DNA of 64,000 nucleotides from Octopus sinensis (Eukaryota): NCBI RefSeq assembly GCF_006345805.1, contig NC_043023.1, positions 21,266,001 to 21,330,000 of the forward strand, read 5' to 3'. Shown piece by piece: positions 51,900 to 64,000 of this stretch (position 1 is its first letter; each line of letters starts with the position of its first letter). The notes under the pieces were generated by a model. It saw only the letters and a program-made list of their open reading frames with translations, ran no database searches and was not told where the DNA came from. The position numbers and the translations under genes were made by a program.

Positions 51900-53065
51900 A
51901 AGACCCAAACAGGGGTCTACAAGCCGCCTTAAATATCAAGAACCCACCTATTGGGTTGCAGCAAGTAACCTTAGATGCCAAGATCCCTCCTAAGCTTCTT
52001 AGCTGTCCATAATAACACTGTTTTCTGGAGCTGTACGAAACTGGGTTTTCTGCCTATGTCCTCTCTCCATCTGTTCAGACCTTTAGGGATAGTTTCCAAT
52101 GCTCCTATAACTACTGGGACGCATTTTACCCGCACTTTCCATAGTTTCGGTAATTCAATGGCTACGTCCTGGTACTCTGCTATTTTTTCTATGGATGGAA
52201 GCACTCCGTTGGTTACGACGATGATGGTTCCGGTTGATCCGAATCAATGGAACAGCCTGCTCGTGAAATTAACGTGTAAGTGGCTGAGCACTCCACTGAC
52301 ACGTGCACCCTTAACGTAGTTCTCGGGGAAATTCAGTGTGACACTGAGAGTGACAAGGCCGGCCCCTTGAAATACAGGTACAACAGAAACAGGAAGTAAG
52401 AGTGAGAGAAAGTTGTGGTGAAAGAGCACAGCAGGGATCACCACCATCCCCTGCCAGAGCATCGTGGAGCTTTTTAGGTGTTTTCGCTCAATAAACACTC
52501 ACAACGCCCGGTCTGGGAATCGAAACCGCGATCCTATGACCGCGAGTCCGCTGCCCTAACCAGTGGGCCATTGGGCCTCATTTTTTTTCTATACTTCCCA
52601 TATTAATGTTTTCATCATTTGGGACCGTAAAGTCGGTTATCTGGCACTTTCTATTCTCTTTATCTTCTGCTACCAAATCAGGCCTTCTAGCTTCTATTAC
52701 TGTCAGTCTGAATGACGAACTCCCACAACATCTTATATTTCTTACTTTCTAATACTTTTCCAGGTTCGTGTTCATACCATTTGTCAGCATGTTAAAAATC
52801 CTAGATGTCCACACAAATCCCAGTGGATTACTCTACCGAAGATGTCATATATTTTCTTGAATTCTTTCTGTGACGTCATGCTATATTCAATTACTATATG
52901 AGAAATGCCTTCTTCCTTTGATTTGCATAGGCTACATTTGGAATCTAATTGGTTTTTGTATATCTTGGTGTTTATCCAATTAGTCCTTAAAACTTGATCC
53001 CGTGCTGCTACTAAAAAATTTCTCCCATTTTAAACTTCCTTTATGCAACCGTAGCCATGTCTCAG
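51900..53065 (-). mobile_element. R4/Dong-like RLE LINE 3' remnant interrupted by a family-C SINE (52200-52580)
   Basis: DQVLRTNW..CSLCKSKEEGISHI, IHWDLC, WYEHEP.KVLE, and KIAEYQDVAIEL..LWK...VPVVIGAL..IPK..LQKTVLL. Confidence 0.8.
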
Positions 53066-53393
53066 TTATTATTATTATTATTATTATTATATTATTATTA
53101 TTATTATTATTATTATTTTTATTAAGGTCTCGAGCTGGCAGAGTCGTTAGCGTGCGGGGCGAAATCTTTGCGGTATTTCGTATGTCGCTACGTTCTGAGT
53201 TCAAATTTCACAGAGGTCGACTTTGCCTTCCATCGTTTTGGGGTCGATAAATTGAGTACCAGGTGAGTAGTGGGGTCGACGTAATCGACTTACCACACAC
53301 CAAAATTCCAGGCCTTCTGTCTAGAGTAGAAAAGATTATTACTTATACATAAACGTGTGTTGTTGTTGTTGTTGTCTATTCTGCTTCACTTAC

Positions 53394-53513
53394 CAACGCA
53401 TGTTCTCCCATTGAAACGGAAACCTCGACGACAGAAACATCTGTAGGATCCTGGGGTGTTGATGCATCTCCCGTATCTTCCGCACACATACTTCCATCTG
53501 CACTCGTTTCTGT
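53394..53513 (-). CDS. EMI-EGF gene exon 5: cbEGF-like domain ((Y)[39 protein letters not shown])
   Basis: EGF consensus, 120 nt, ttttccAG / GTAAGT, phase 1/1. Confidence 0.9.
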
Positions 53514-53559
53514 CTGGAAAAGTAAAACAAATTCATTGCATGGATGTAACACTTATGTA

Positions 53560-54080
53560 TCATCATCATCACCATCCTCATCATAACCATCATCATCATC
53601 ATCGTCGTCATCATCATAATCATCATCATCATCACCACTACCACCACCATCATCATCTTCATCATCATAATCATCATAATCATCATCATCATAACCATCA
53701 TCATCGTCTTCGTCATCATCATCATCATCACCACCACCACCATCATCATCTTCATCATCATTATCATCATCATCATCAACATCCTCATCATTACCATCAT
53801 CATCATCGTCGTCATCATCATCATCACACCACCATCACCACCATCATCATCATCACCACCATTATCATCATCATCATCATCCTCATCATAACCATCATCA
53901 TCATCTTCATCATTATCATCATCATCATCATCATCACCATCATCTTCATCATCATATCATCATCATCATCATCACCACCATCATCATCATCATTATCATC
54001 ATCATCATAACCATCACCACCATCATCTTCATCATCATAATTATCATCATCATCAGCAGCAGCATCACCACCATCATTAT
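53560..54080. repeat. Degenerate (CAT)n trinucleotide tract
   Basis: Direct inspection; intronic. Confidence 0.9.
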
Positions 54081-54234
54081 TGATATTGATGTTTTGGTTG
54101 GTGTTATTCTTCAGGTGGTACGCTGGGAGGATTGTAACAAAAACCACTGAAACAGTGGCGGGAGGGGAGCGATGTGATCGACTATCCCCCACCGCTAAAA
54201 TTTCAGGCCTTCTGCCTACAGTAAAAGGGATTAA

Positions 54235-54289
<55 letters not shown>

Positions 54290-54838
54290 GAGAGAGAGAG
54301 AACAGTACTTGTCATCAAAGTGACACTAGGGTAAAATATACGAAGCCCAGTATACCCATCATGACTACCCGTTTGATAAGGGTATACTAGGCACATGTTT
54401 CACAACCACATGTGTGCCACATGATGATCTCATTTCAAGATAAACAGCACATGACCTTGCAGGTGGGGCCCAGTTGGAAATGTCTTCAGTTGGAGTAGCC
54501 CATCCCGCTCAAAACGTCCCTAAATAAATTGTTTAAGGATGTTGAACAAACCACCCATGTTTCCAAAGGTGAATTATCCAAACCTCCAAGAATGCCTCTC
54601 AACACGTGGCTATGATGCTCCCCCACTACTTCTGCTCATGATCAGAGATGCACAAATCGTCAGCCACTAAGGGACATGCTCAAACTGGTTAAGGTCAAAC
54701 AAATGACAAGCAAATCTGTTGTACTGAGCAGAATATGTGCTGCAGCCCAAAACTTCGAATCAGTTAAGATCAGAAACCATGAAAGCCACTGTGGGGCATT
54801 TATTATTATAATTGTTATCATTATTATTATTATTGTTA

Positions 54839-54891
<53 letters not shown>

Positions 54892-54925
54892 GTTGTTGTT
54901 GTTGTTGTTGTTGCTGTTGTAGTTG

Positions 54926-54961
<36 letters not shown>

Positions 54962-55040
54962 TATTATTATCTCCCAGCCAATTGCTTATAGATATACGTG
55001 TGTATATTGTTCTTGTAGCTGCTGTTTGTCCTTTACTTAC

Positions 55041-55160
55041 AAACACATGTTCTTCTATTGAAATAATAGCCCCGTCTGCAGTAACAAGTAAAAGAGGTTC
55101 CTCTCCTGACGCATCTACCATTCTTCCCGCACCGATTCCATCTGCACGCTCCTCCGACGG
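55041..55160 (-). CDS. EMI-EGF gene exon 4: EGF domain (AVGGACRWNRCGKNGRCVRRGTSFTCYCRRGYYFNRRTCV)
   Basis: Near-identical to 51217-51336; AG / GTAAGT; phase 1/1. Confidence 0.9.
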
Positions 55161-55225
55161 CTGGAAAGCAGAACAGAAATAACACAATTATATATAACAA
55201 TCAGAATCCTTTCAACATCATCATT

Positions 55226-55263
<38 letters not shown>

Positions 55264-55518
55264 AATTATCATCGTGGTCGTCGTCGTCGTTAGCAGAATC
55301 GTTTGCACGACGGTAAAAATGTTTGGCGGCATTTTGTCCGTCTTTACATTCTGTGTTCAAATCCGCCTTTCTTTCAGGGTCAAGAAAACAAATTTATTGC
55401 GCTTAATTGCATGTATATAAAACAGATGCATTATTTGGGGTTGGGTCAATGTAATAAGCACCAGTTATACACTGAGGTCGATGTAATCGACTAGTCCCCT
55501 TCTCCAAAATTTAGTGAA

Positions 55519-55569
<51 letters not shown>

Positions 55570-56356
55570 GAGTGAGAGAGCAGTGCATGTTACAAAGTGA
55601 CACTGGGATAAAATATACGAAGCCCAGTATACCCATCATGACAACCCGTCTGATAACGGTACACCAGGCACATGCATCACAACCATATATGTGTGACATG
55701 GGGATCTCATATCAAGATAAACAGTACATGACCTTGCAGGTGGGGCCCAGTTATAATATTTTGTACCATACTCATCATCATCATCATCATTGTGGTTGTT
55801 ATTATTAAGGCGGTGAGCTGGCAGAGTCGTGAAAACGCCGGACAAAATTCTTAGCGTTATTTCGTCGTAACGAGTTCAAAATCTGCCAATGTCGACGTTG
55901 GAATCCATCGTTTCGGAGTCGATGAAATGAGCACCATTGAAATATTAGGCTCAATGTAATCGACTGACCCCCACCTGACCCTAAAATATCAGGCCTTTTG
56001 CCTATTGTAGAATAAGTTAGATGCACCATGTTCTTTTAACAGAAGTCAGACCTTTCTCAGCTCAGTTGCTGTGGCAAAGGGATTACATACATCAAAATGC
56101 ACTCCATCTGATCAAATATGGTGGAAGGAAGACGAGACGATACGACGCTCATTTGCATATATTACAATATAAAACAGGAAAAATAAAATGGAAGAAATAG
56201 CGATGTCTTTCTTCAAAGGATTGTGATACGAAAGAAAAAGGAAATTTGAAACGAGACCATTGGATGTCATATTTGGATATAAAATAGAAAATATCAAGAA
56301 AATATTAGGCCTTATCTACACATAACATCCGGAGAGAACTGAACACATGTTCTTAC

Positions 56357-56433
56357 CTCTGCACCTTCCAGGCGTGCCGGTCCATCCTCTGCAGCATCTG
56401 CGACAGGTTGTAAGGATTCTCCTGGAAGCTGTA
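56357..56433 (-). CDS. EMI-EGF gene exon 3: C-terminal half of EMI-like domain (TASRRILTTCRRCCRGWTGTPGRCR)
   Basis: CCxGW motif; ctcatttaacAG / GTAAGA; phase 2/1. Confidence 0.85.
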
Positions 56434-56953
56434 CTGTTAAATGAGAGAAGGATAGAATAAAAGGATATATAACCAGAAGGATATATAACACAATGATGGT
56501 AAGTTCAGACAACCACACAAACACATACATACACACATACAAGTTACACTTTCAGAATATACGACTGTGTAGTCTGAAAATGCGATTATCCTAAATAAAG
56601 TGCTTTTCACATTGAAGGCTCTGATGAAGCTAGAGCATGATATCCTGGTACTCAACTAATCCTCCACCACAACCTACATCAGAAACAGCTGTTAGCCAAT
56701 GAAGTGCGTTACATAACCTTTGTTTTTGCCGGTGCCATTTCTTTGCTTTCTCTTACCATTTTACACTTATCTACAATTGAATTCTGGATCACACCTAGAT
56801 TGAGTTCTACACCATATTGTTATTTTCGCTATGCCCAAGCGAAATATTAAGATATTAATGTGCGAGGGTAATGAATACTTTGTCATCGGTGGATGCCGTA
56901 ATATTGAAAGTTTACTCTGTATAGAAAATCCGGAAAGGTGGCTTCGTATTTAC

Positions 56954-57046
56954 CGGTATTTTGTACACCGTCTCAAAAACCAGCACCAGCTTCTTCGGGC
57001 CCTTTTGTAGGTCACGGTTTTATAACATCTCACTCGACATATTCCC
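56954..57046 (-). CDS. EMI-EGF gene exon 2: N-terminal half of EMI-like domain (GICRVRCYKTVTYKRARRSWCWFLRRCTKYR)
   Basis: WC....RC..YR pattern of EMI domains; strong acceptor ctttctttttttccAG / GTAAAT; phase 2/2. Confidence 0.85.
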
Positions 57047-57199
57047 CTGGAAAAAAAGAAAGAAGGAATATATAAGTGTGTGTGTGTGTATAAATATATA
57101 TACATATACATATAAACGCATATAACACTATAAAAATAAAATCCCTTGAAGGAATGGGTGGGGGGTTCCAGAGATATAAAAAGACGAATATACAAAGAA

Positions 57200-59070
57200 C
57201 TGACTTGCGATCGCCTTGGAAACAAGGCCACTACTCAACGACATTAGATCACTAAGTGTCGATGTAATCGCCATCAGTGAAACTAGACTTTCCGACCGAC
57301 ATGCTTTCTTGCCATCTTTCGCGGGATACGAGAAGTATTTATCTCCATGTCAACCGGGAATCGGAGGTTGAACGGCGGCGTTGATCCGTAGGGGCATGGA
57401 TCTCAACATAAGGACTATCTTCCTGGATCCAGAAGGAGAGATGATGGTCCTGGATGCGAATTGTAGTGACGGGGGTACTTACAGACAGGTACCTGTTTAT
57501 ACTCCGATAGAAGCAGGGAAGCCGTATATCTTCAGACATCGAGAGGTATTCCTAGGAATGCCTCGAAATTTAGAGTTAGTGGGCAACTGGTACGGTGCCT
57601 TAGAGATACAATTGGACTGTGTGGGTCTAGCGAATAGAAAGCGGATGGTAAAAGCCTGTATGGGGTCAACCAGGTCGTATTTTGATGAGGAACGGGGTTC
57701 TATAGGCAAGTAGATTAACGTTAGTAGAAGTTGTTAACCTAGATAGGCTTAGAAGGCAGGGATCCGGTTACTGGAGGCTGAAAGCGTTGCTCCCAAAGTG
57801 CCAATCCAACAGAGACCGAATTAGACAATTAACTAAGATGGCGTTGATGGGGCTAATCGTCAACAACAAATGATGGTTGGCGTTAGGTAGGTTTATTAAA
57901 GCATTAGTGGTAGAGATGGATAAAACAGAAGGGAATTTAGTCAGTAACTTCGAAATGGCGCTTTGGAAGAACATTGCAGCTGACCTGCTTGCTGCAAGAT
58001 TAGCTCTGGACCATTTGCTCAAAGATAAACACGAAGGTTGCCTTGTCAGATCTAAGGTGCACTCTGTAAGAGAAGAGGGAAGGAAAGCCCCATAATGGGG
58101 GTCGAATGACAGACGCACAACGTCAAAGCAAAGTCACTATTCAGTCTTTGGTGGACCAAAATGGGCGCAAGGAACTCCAACCGGAGAAGATGTGTGAGGT
58201 ATTTCAAGATCCCTTTGGCAAATGTGTGGAACGTAAAGATATCCAGAACGTAGGATGAACAAACGGATTAAGTCGATTATATCGATCCCAGTGTGTTACT
58301 GGTACTTATTTAATCGATCCCGAAAAGATGAAAGGCAAAGTCGACCTCGGCGGAATTTGAACTCACAACGTAACGGCTGTCGAAATACCGCTAAGCATTT
58401 CTCCCGTCGTGCTAACGATCCGCCTTTGTTTGACAGCCTTCTAGTAGATCTGCCAGAACTGCTACCGTAACTGGTACCAGAACAGGCCATTTCCCAATTC
58501 TGTGAGTCTAGGAGCGGTGGCACTGCTAAAAATGGACCCAAACAAGGGAGATGAAATAGAAAACTAGGTTCATAACGCTGCTGAACACAGACATCAAACT
58601 TTCGAGCAGGCTGTTAGCAAAGGGGTCGGCGCTTATCATCGAAGAACTGCTCCCACTTGGAGGACGGATTCGGATTTCAGCTAAGTTATTGGTAAGGATC
58701 AGCCCGCTGCTTTCTTCCAACCGGGAGGGACAGGCATCTTTGCTTAGTCTAGTGGCCATAGCGAAAGAGGTTGCCTGGTGGACCTTGCTGAAAGGGCTGA
58801 AGACAGACACTTTCCTCTTTACCCAGAATCTCAAAGTGAGGGTAAAGAGGGAAGTGCTGCCACCTAGCAATTTTGTTAAAAGATGGGTGAATGTAGCTCG
58901 AATGGCCCTAGTGAATGGTCTTTCTAGAAGTACGCGCCTGTACATTAAGGGCACATGAAGTGAAGAGAGCATACACCCTAGATGTCAGAGTGATCGTTGT
59001 TTTTGTGGGGTTTCAATGAGCAGCCCCTTTTGTGTAAACCCTTAGTGGCGAAAAAAGAAATTATTATTAT
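57200..59070 (+). mobile_element. Degenerate, internally deleted L1/Tx1-like LINE with a family-B SINE fragment inserted (~58253-58420)
   Basis: APE remnants VDVIAISETR, VYTP and GSGYWRL; RT start ITLLNTDIKLSSRLLA; tail cccttagtggcgaaaaaagaaattattatt (similar tail at ~51000-51035). Confidence 0.65.
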
Positions 59071-59759
59071 TGAGTGAGAGAGCAGTGCATGCCATCAAAG
59101 TGACACCGTGGTAAAATATACGAAGCTCAGTATACCCATCATGACTACCCGTCTGATAAGGGTACCCCAGGCACATGCATCACAACCATATGTGCGGGAC
59201 ATGGTGATCTCATATCAAGATAAATAGCGCATGATCTTGCAGGTGGGGACCAGTTAGAATTTTCTTCTGGTCGAGAAGCCCATCCCACTCCAAAGTTCAC
59301 TGAATAAGGGTTGTTTAAGGATGTTGAATAAGGGTTGTTTAAGCTATATTTGACCCGTCGCTCCGTTCTGATTTCGAATTCCCCAAAGTGCACTTTGCTT
59401 TCTTCCTTTCAACGTCGAGAAAATAACAGACTAGGCTCTATGTAATCGACTCGCCCTCACCTCACCCCAAGCTGCTCTTGTGGCAGAAATTTGAAATCAC
59501 ACTAATTATCATTATTATTTGAAACAGTTTTATTTGGGCCCCTTCAGGTTCGTCGCTCCGTTACAGGAATCTGGCTTGTTGAAGATTGGCGCAACAGAAC
59601 CAGAATATATCCAGAAAGTTGGTGGAACATCCCAATAGAATCAGCAAACAGGATTAAATACAGCGGACCCTATATTGATGCAAGGATCAGGAAAACAAGT
59701 CAAGTACTTTTAGGAGAGATCGTCTGCCCAGTCGTATGTCAATATCTCATCGTATTAAA

Positions 59760-60155
59760 GAAGCGAGCTGGCAGAAACGTTAGCACGCCGGGCGAGATGC
59801 TTAGCGGTATTTCGTCTGCCGTTACGTTCAGAGTTCAAATTCCGCCGAGGTCGACTTTGCCTTTCATCCTTTCGCGGTCAATAAATTAAGTGCCAGTTAC
59901 ACACTGGGGTCGATAAAATCGACTTAATCCCTTTGTCTGTTCTTGTTTGTCCTCTCTGTGTTTAGCTCCTTGTGAGTAGTAAAGAAATAGGTATTTCGTC
60001 TGCCGTTAGGTTCTGAGTTCAATTTACGCCGAGGTCGACTTTGCCTTTCTTCCTTTCGGAGTCGATTAAATATGTACCAGTTACGCACTAGGGTCGATAT
60101 AATCGACTGGCCCCCTCCCTCCAAATTTCGGGCCTTGTGCCTCAAGTAGAAAAGA
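59760..60155 (+). mobile_element. tRNA-derived SINE, family B
   Basis: gcgagctggcagaaacgttagcacgccgggcg...gagttcaaattccgccgaggtcgac; other copies at ~49757-50105, 53125-53335, 55808-56012. Confidence 0.8.
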
Positions 60156-60569
60156 ATATCTCATCATATATTAAAGAAAAAGAGGGATCTATGGAGAACT
60201 GTTTGAAAAAATACAGTTATGATATACAGGCTATGGGTTTTCATTTCTACCTACTGACAGAGATGCACTGGGCTAAGTAAAAACAGATCGACATAAAAAC
60301 TACAAATGCTGGGGTAATTCAGGTACCCTGAGTCCCTTCTGTTGCAATCGTTAGGGCCAAGCCCCACCTCACCCATTGCTTCCCACATATGCCAGGGGCC
60401 CTGAACAGAGCTACGGGCTCAACTCCTCTCTTTTCACTAAAACACTTAAAACATTCACACGAAGATAGACACGGTCCGATTATTTAATAAGAAAAAAGTA
60501 AAAAACCACAAGAAGCCCCGAAGAGGAAAGTGGCGATGTGAAACCGGGTGGAATGAAGCATTAACTTAC

Positions 60570-61306
60570 CGAGAACTGGACACAGCAAGGCTTTCTCCTT
60601 CGGTTGTTGAGTTTCCAGAATCAAGCGTTTCGCTAGAAACCGACGTTCCATTATTCAGTAAGAGACTCTCAGTCGCTGCTTCATCTTCACTCTCGGAATC
60701 TGCTTCATCCGCTGACTCCTCCAATTCCGCCGACTCGTCGTCACCCACTGATTGTCCTCCATCGTTTGATTCTTCATCCGCTGACTCGCCTTCATCCACT
60801 GACTCGTCTTCGCTCACTGACTCGTCTTCGTTCACTGACTCGTCATCACCTACTGATAGTCCTCCATCGTTTGAGTCTTCATCCACTGACTCGCCTTCAT
60901 CCACTGACTCGTCTCCGTCCACTGACTCGTCATCGTCCACCCATAGTCCTCCATTGTCTGAGTCTTCACCCTCTGACTCGTCTTCATTCACTGACTCCTC
61001 TCCATCCACTGACTCGTCTTCACCGTCCTCTGACGACTCGTCATCCACCGGGACTCCGTCCTCCTCTGATTCCTCTCCACCCTCAGACTCTCCTTCATCG
61101 CCTGATTCTTCTCCACTCTCTTCTTGCTCTTCATTCTCCGATGAAACATCATTTACCGACGGGTCTTTGTCGCCTAACGTCACATTCCGCCCTTCACTAT
61201 TCACTGACGGTCCTTTAGTCACAACTGACCCATTATTCACCCGTTGTCCTTCAGTCACCCAAAGACCAACGACGAAAAGAAATAAGAAAAGAACGAGATT
61301 CTTCAT
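60570..61306 (-). CDS. EMI-EGF gene exon 1: signal peptide + Asp/Glu/Ser-rich repeat region (245 aa)
   Basis: acagccATG at 61306; MKNLVLFLFLFVVGLWVTEG signal-like peptide; ESV(D/N)E(D/G) hexapeptide repeats; donor CG|GTAAGT at 60570, phase 2 matching exon 2. Confidence 0.9.
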
Positions 61307-61546
61307 GGCTGTTGTCTTCTTTTCGGTGCTTCGCCTGTTTACTGACACACAGACAGCTTCTAATATCAGAAGGAACAGATTTGGTTAGTGCAGAACACAG
61401 AGTATAAATGTCTAGAACTTCTTGTTTGAGTTGTCTTGTCTTGTGGTGGTTCCTGCAGCGCAAAGTCTTCAGTAGCGGGAGTCACAGCAGCAGAGTCCCG
61501 TTGCACAATCGGCCTGGCTCTGTCACATCTCGACCAAGACACTCGC

Positions 61547-61553
61547 ATTTATA
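61547..61553 (-). promoter_or_regulatory. Candidate TATA box of EMI-EGF gene
   Basis: TATAAAT on the minus strand ~240 nt upstream of the ATG, within unique sequence. Confidence 0.45.
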
Positions 61554-62144
61554 ACAAATTACCTGCACCCTCCTCTGCAATTCCATTGGCACCAAAGAAG
61601 TGTTGATGTCATCGAATCCGGGAGGTGAAATCGAAAACAATGGAGTTCCTTTAGCTTCTATTGTCCAGCAATAAGGAAGCAAAACTAATTCATTGTCAGG
61701 TAAAAGATGGCCGGTGAGAACAGACAATCACTTATGCAAAACAAATGCACAAAACAGGAACCACAACCACGACCATCACGGTTAGGTGTGTGTGTGTGTC
61801 CAATACACACACACACGTATAAACGAATACAAATAAATATGTGTGTGTACGCGTATCGGTGAGTGAGTTTTTGTGTGTGTGTGTGTGTAACAAACTCGTT
61901 TTTCGACTTCTTTTGCATTGAAACAATATCGATGCTGTTTAACTATATTACAATGTTTTCTTGGGAAAGTGTGTTTCCGCCTCTCTCTCTCTCTGTGCGT
62001 GTGTGTGTGTAGGTGCATTGTTGCAAGGTGAGTTCCCATAGAGCGGTAACTTGTTCAATTGCCTTCAAAGACTGTCTCGGGCTGACGAAAACCTTGACAG
62101 TCATTTTCTGACGGAAGCTGAAACGAGCGAGTCATTTATAAATA

Positions 62145-62148
62145 TGTG

Positions 62149-62206
<58 letters not shown>

Positions 62207-62341
62207 CATACATATAAAATATATATATATATACACACACACATATATATAATATACATACATACATATATAAATATATATATATATATTATATATATAT
62301 ACACATATATATACATATATATATACACACATATATATATA

Positions 62342-62381
<40 letters not shown>

Positions 62382-62736
62382 TATATATACATATATATAT
62401 ATATATACACACACGTATATATGTACATATATATCTATATACACACATATATATACACATATATATATATATATATATATACACAGACATATATATATAT
62501 ACATATATATACGCATATATATACATATATATATATACGCATATATATATGCACACATATATATATATACACACTCATATATATATATAGACATATATAT
62601 ACGTATATATATATATACACATATATATATGCACACATTTATATATATACACACTCATATATATCTATACATATATATATACACACATATATTATACCAA
62701 TATATATATATATATATATATATTATATACACAGAT

Positions 62737-62767
<31 letters not shown>

Positions 62768-63066
62768 CACGTATATATGTACATATATATCTATATACAC
62801 AATATATATACACATATATATATATATATATATATACACAGACATATATATATATATACATATATATACGCATATATATACATATATATATATACGCATA
62901 TATATATGCACACATTTATATATATACACACTCATATATATATATAGACATATATATACGTATATATATATATACACATATATATATGCACACATTTATA
63001 TATATACACACTCATATATATCTATACATATATATATATACACATATTAATATACACATATATATA
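62145..63066. repeat. ~0.9-kb compound (TA)/(CA) microsatellite with internal block duplication
   Basis: Direct inspection. Confidence 0.95.
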
Positions 63067-63129
63067 ACTTAGAATAACTTAGAAAGGTTTTGGCCAGTAT
63101 TGGCCCAGGCCATGTCTAACTTATTAGCA

Positions 63130-64000
63130 CTACCTGGCGAAGTCTTTCAATTCAGGATTTGGGCACCAAGGCCGATTCGAGCAGAGAGTTATTGTTTGCG
63201 GAGACATATCCGGGTGTGGGTGGTTTGTCCGAGACTGTTTGAAGGAATTTGTCCAAAGACTTCTTGAATTTTGTGTGGTCAGTTTCTGTTTTGACGTGTC
63301 CTGGTGTAATGTTGAAGAGAGCGGGTCCAATTGAGGTGAAATAGTTGTGCCCTATTGTCGTTATGTGATGCGATTTAGATTTTTGTTGTGGACGGATGGC
63401 ACGTGGTCCAAGCCTGGGATGTATTTTGAAGGTGATGCCAACATCATTCGGACAGTGCTGATGGTTATTTTCCACATCATACAGATAATGTAGCGTTCAC
63501 GGCGTCGTTGGAGTGAATACGGTTTCAGCTTCTCTAGTCTACCCCAGTAGTCAAGGTCTGACATGCCATCTATCATTTTTGTGATTGACCTTTGGGGAGC
63601 TTCAATTCTCATAATATTTTGTTTTGTGTAGGGAGACGACAGTGGACAGCAGCATTCAAGGTGGGGTCGGGCAAAAGTGGAGAAGAGAAGGATAATAGTG
63701 TGGGAATGTTCGTCTGGAAGGTTCCGAGAATCCAGGAACACATTCTGCGGGCCATGTCAACTTTGCTGCTTATATGTGTAGCCCAGCTTATGTTGTTGTC
63801 CACTGTTACTCCCAAGTCTCTGATGTTGTTGGATGCCATGAAAATTTCTCCAGAAGGAAGAGAGTAGGGGAGTTTCAGAGCGTCCTCCCTTCCAAAGTGG
63901 ATCAGTTCGAATTTGTCTTCATTTAGCAACATGTTATTCTTTTCCGCCCATTGGACACAGCCAGTAGGTCTGACTGAAGGTTATTCGATCATCCACGCCA
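63130..64000 (-). mobile_element. CR1/L2-like LINE ORF2 3' portion, frameshifted, continues beyond window
   Basis: LNEDKFELIHFG, IRDLGVTVD, RPHLECCCPL, LDYWGRLEKLKPYSLQRRRERY, FKKSLDKFL. Confidence 0.9.

Noticed and set aside
53390-54396. Poly-His and poly-Met ORFs
   Set aside because: (CAT)n microsatellite inside an intron of the EGF gene
60766-61388. Plus-strand ORFs of 150 and 144 aa (Ser/Asp-rich, LHPLTR repeats)
   Set aside because: Antisense shadows of the signal-peptide exon on the minus strand
62076-62133. Hammerhead-like CTGACGA...GAAAC...GTC
   Set aside because: No 3' strand of stem I and a weak stem II; at most a truncated remnant

Overview
AT-rich, microsatellite-dense animal genomic DNA with one 100-N gap. 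The SINE/LINE and microsatellite profile suggests a cephalopod such as Octopus (inference). Most ORF-track entries are microsatellite artefacts. Two spliced host genes can be assembled by hand with consistent splice phases. (1) On the + strand, the 3' part of a Mind-bomb-like ankyrin + RING-HC protein ending in a death-domain-like exon (7910-29247). (2) On the - strand, a complete predicted 464-aa secreted protein with signal peptide, ~225-aa Asp/Glu/Ser-rich repeat region, Arg-rich EMI-like domain and four Arg-rich EGF domains (61306 to 50621). The remainder is transposon-derived: a near-full-length RTE LINE, Hero/R4-Dong/CR1/Tx1-like LINE remnants, Chapaev and Helitron fragments, a Merlin-like MITE, several SINE families and Penelope-like remnants. 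The most striking hidden signal is seven type I hammerhead-ribozyme motifs from about five sequence families. Three of them lie in a ~491-bp, highly structured, non-coding tandem/inverted array (40105-41600) with the architecture of a non-LTR retrozyme, i.e. a candidate self-cleaving, circRNA-producing element.
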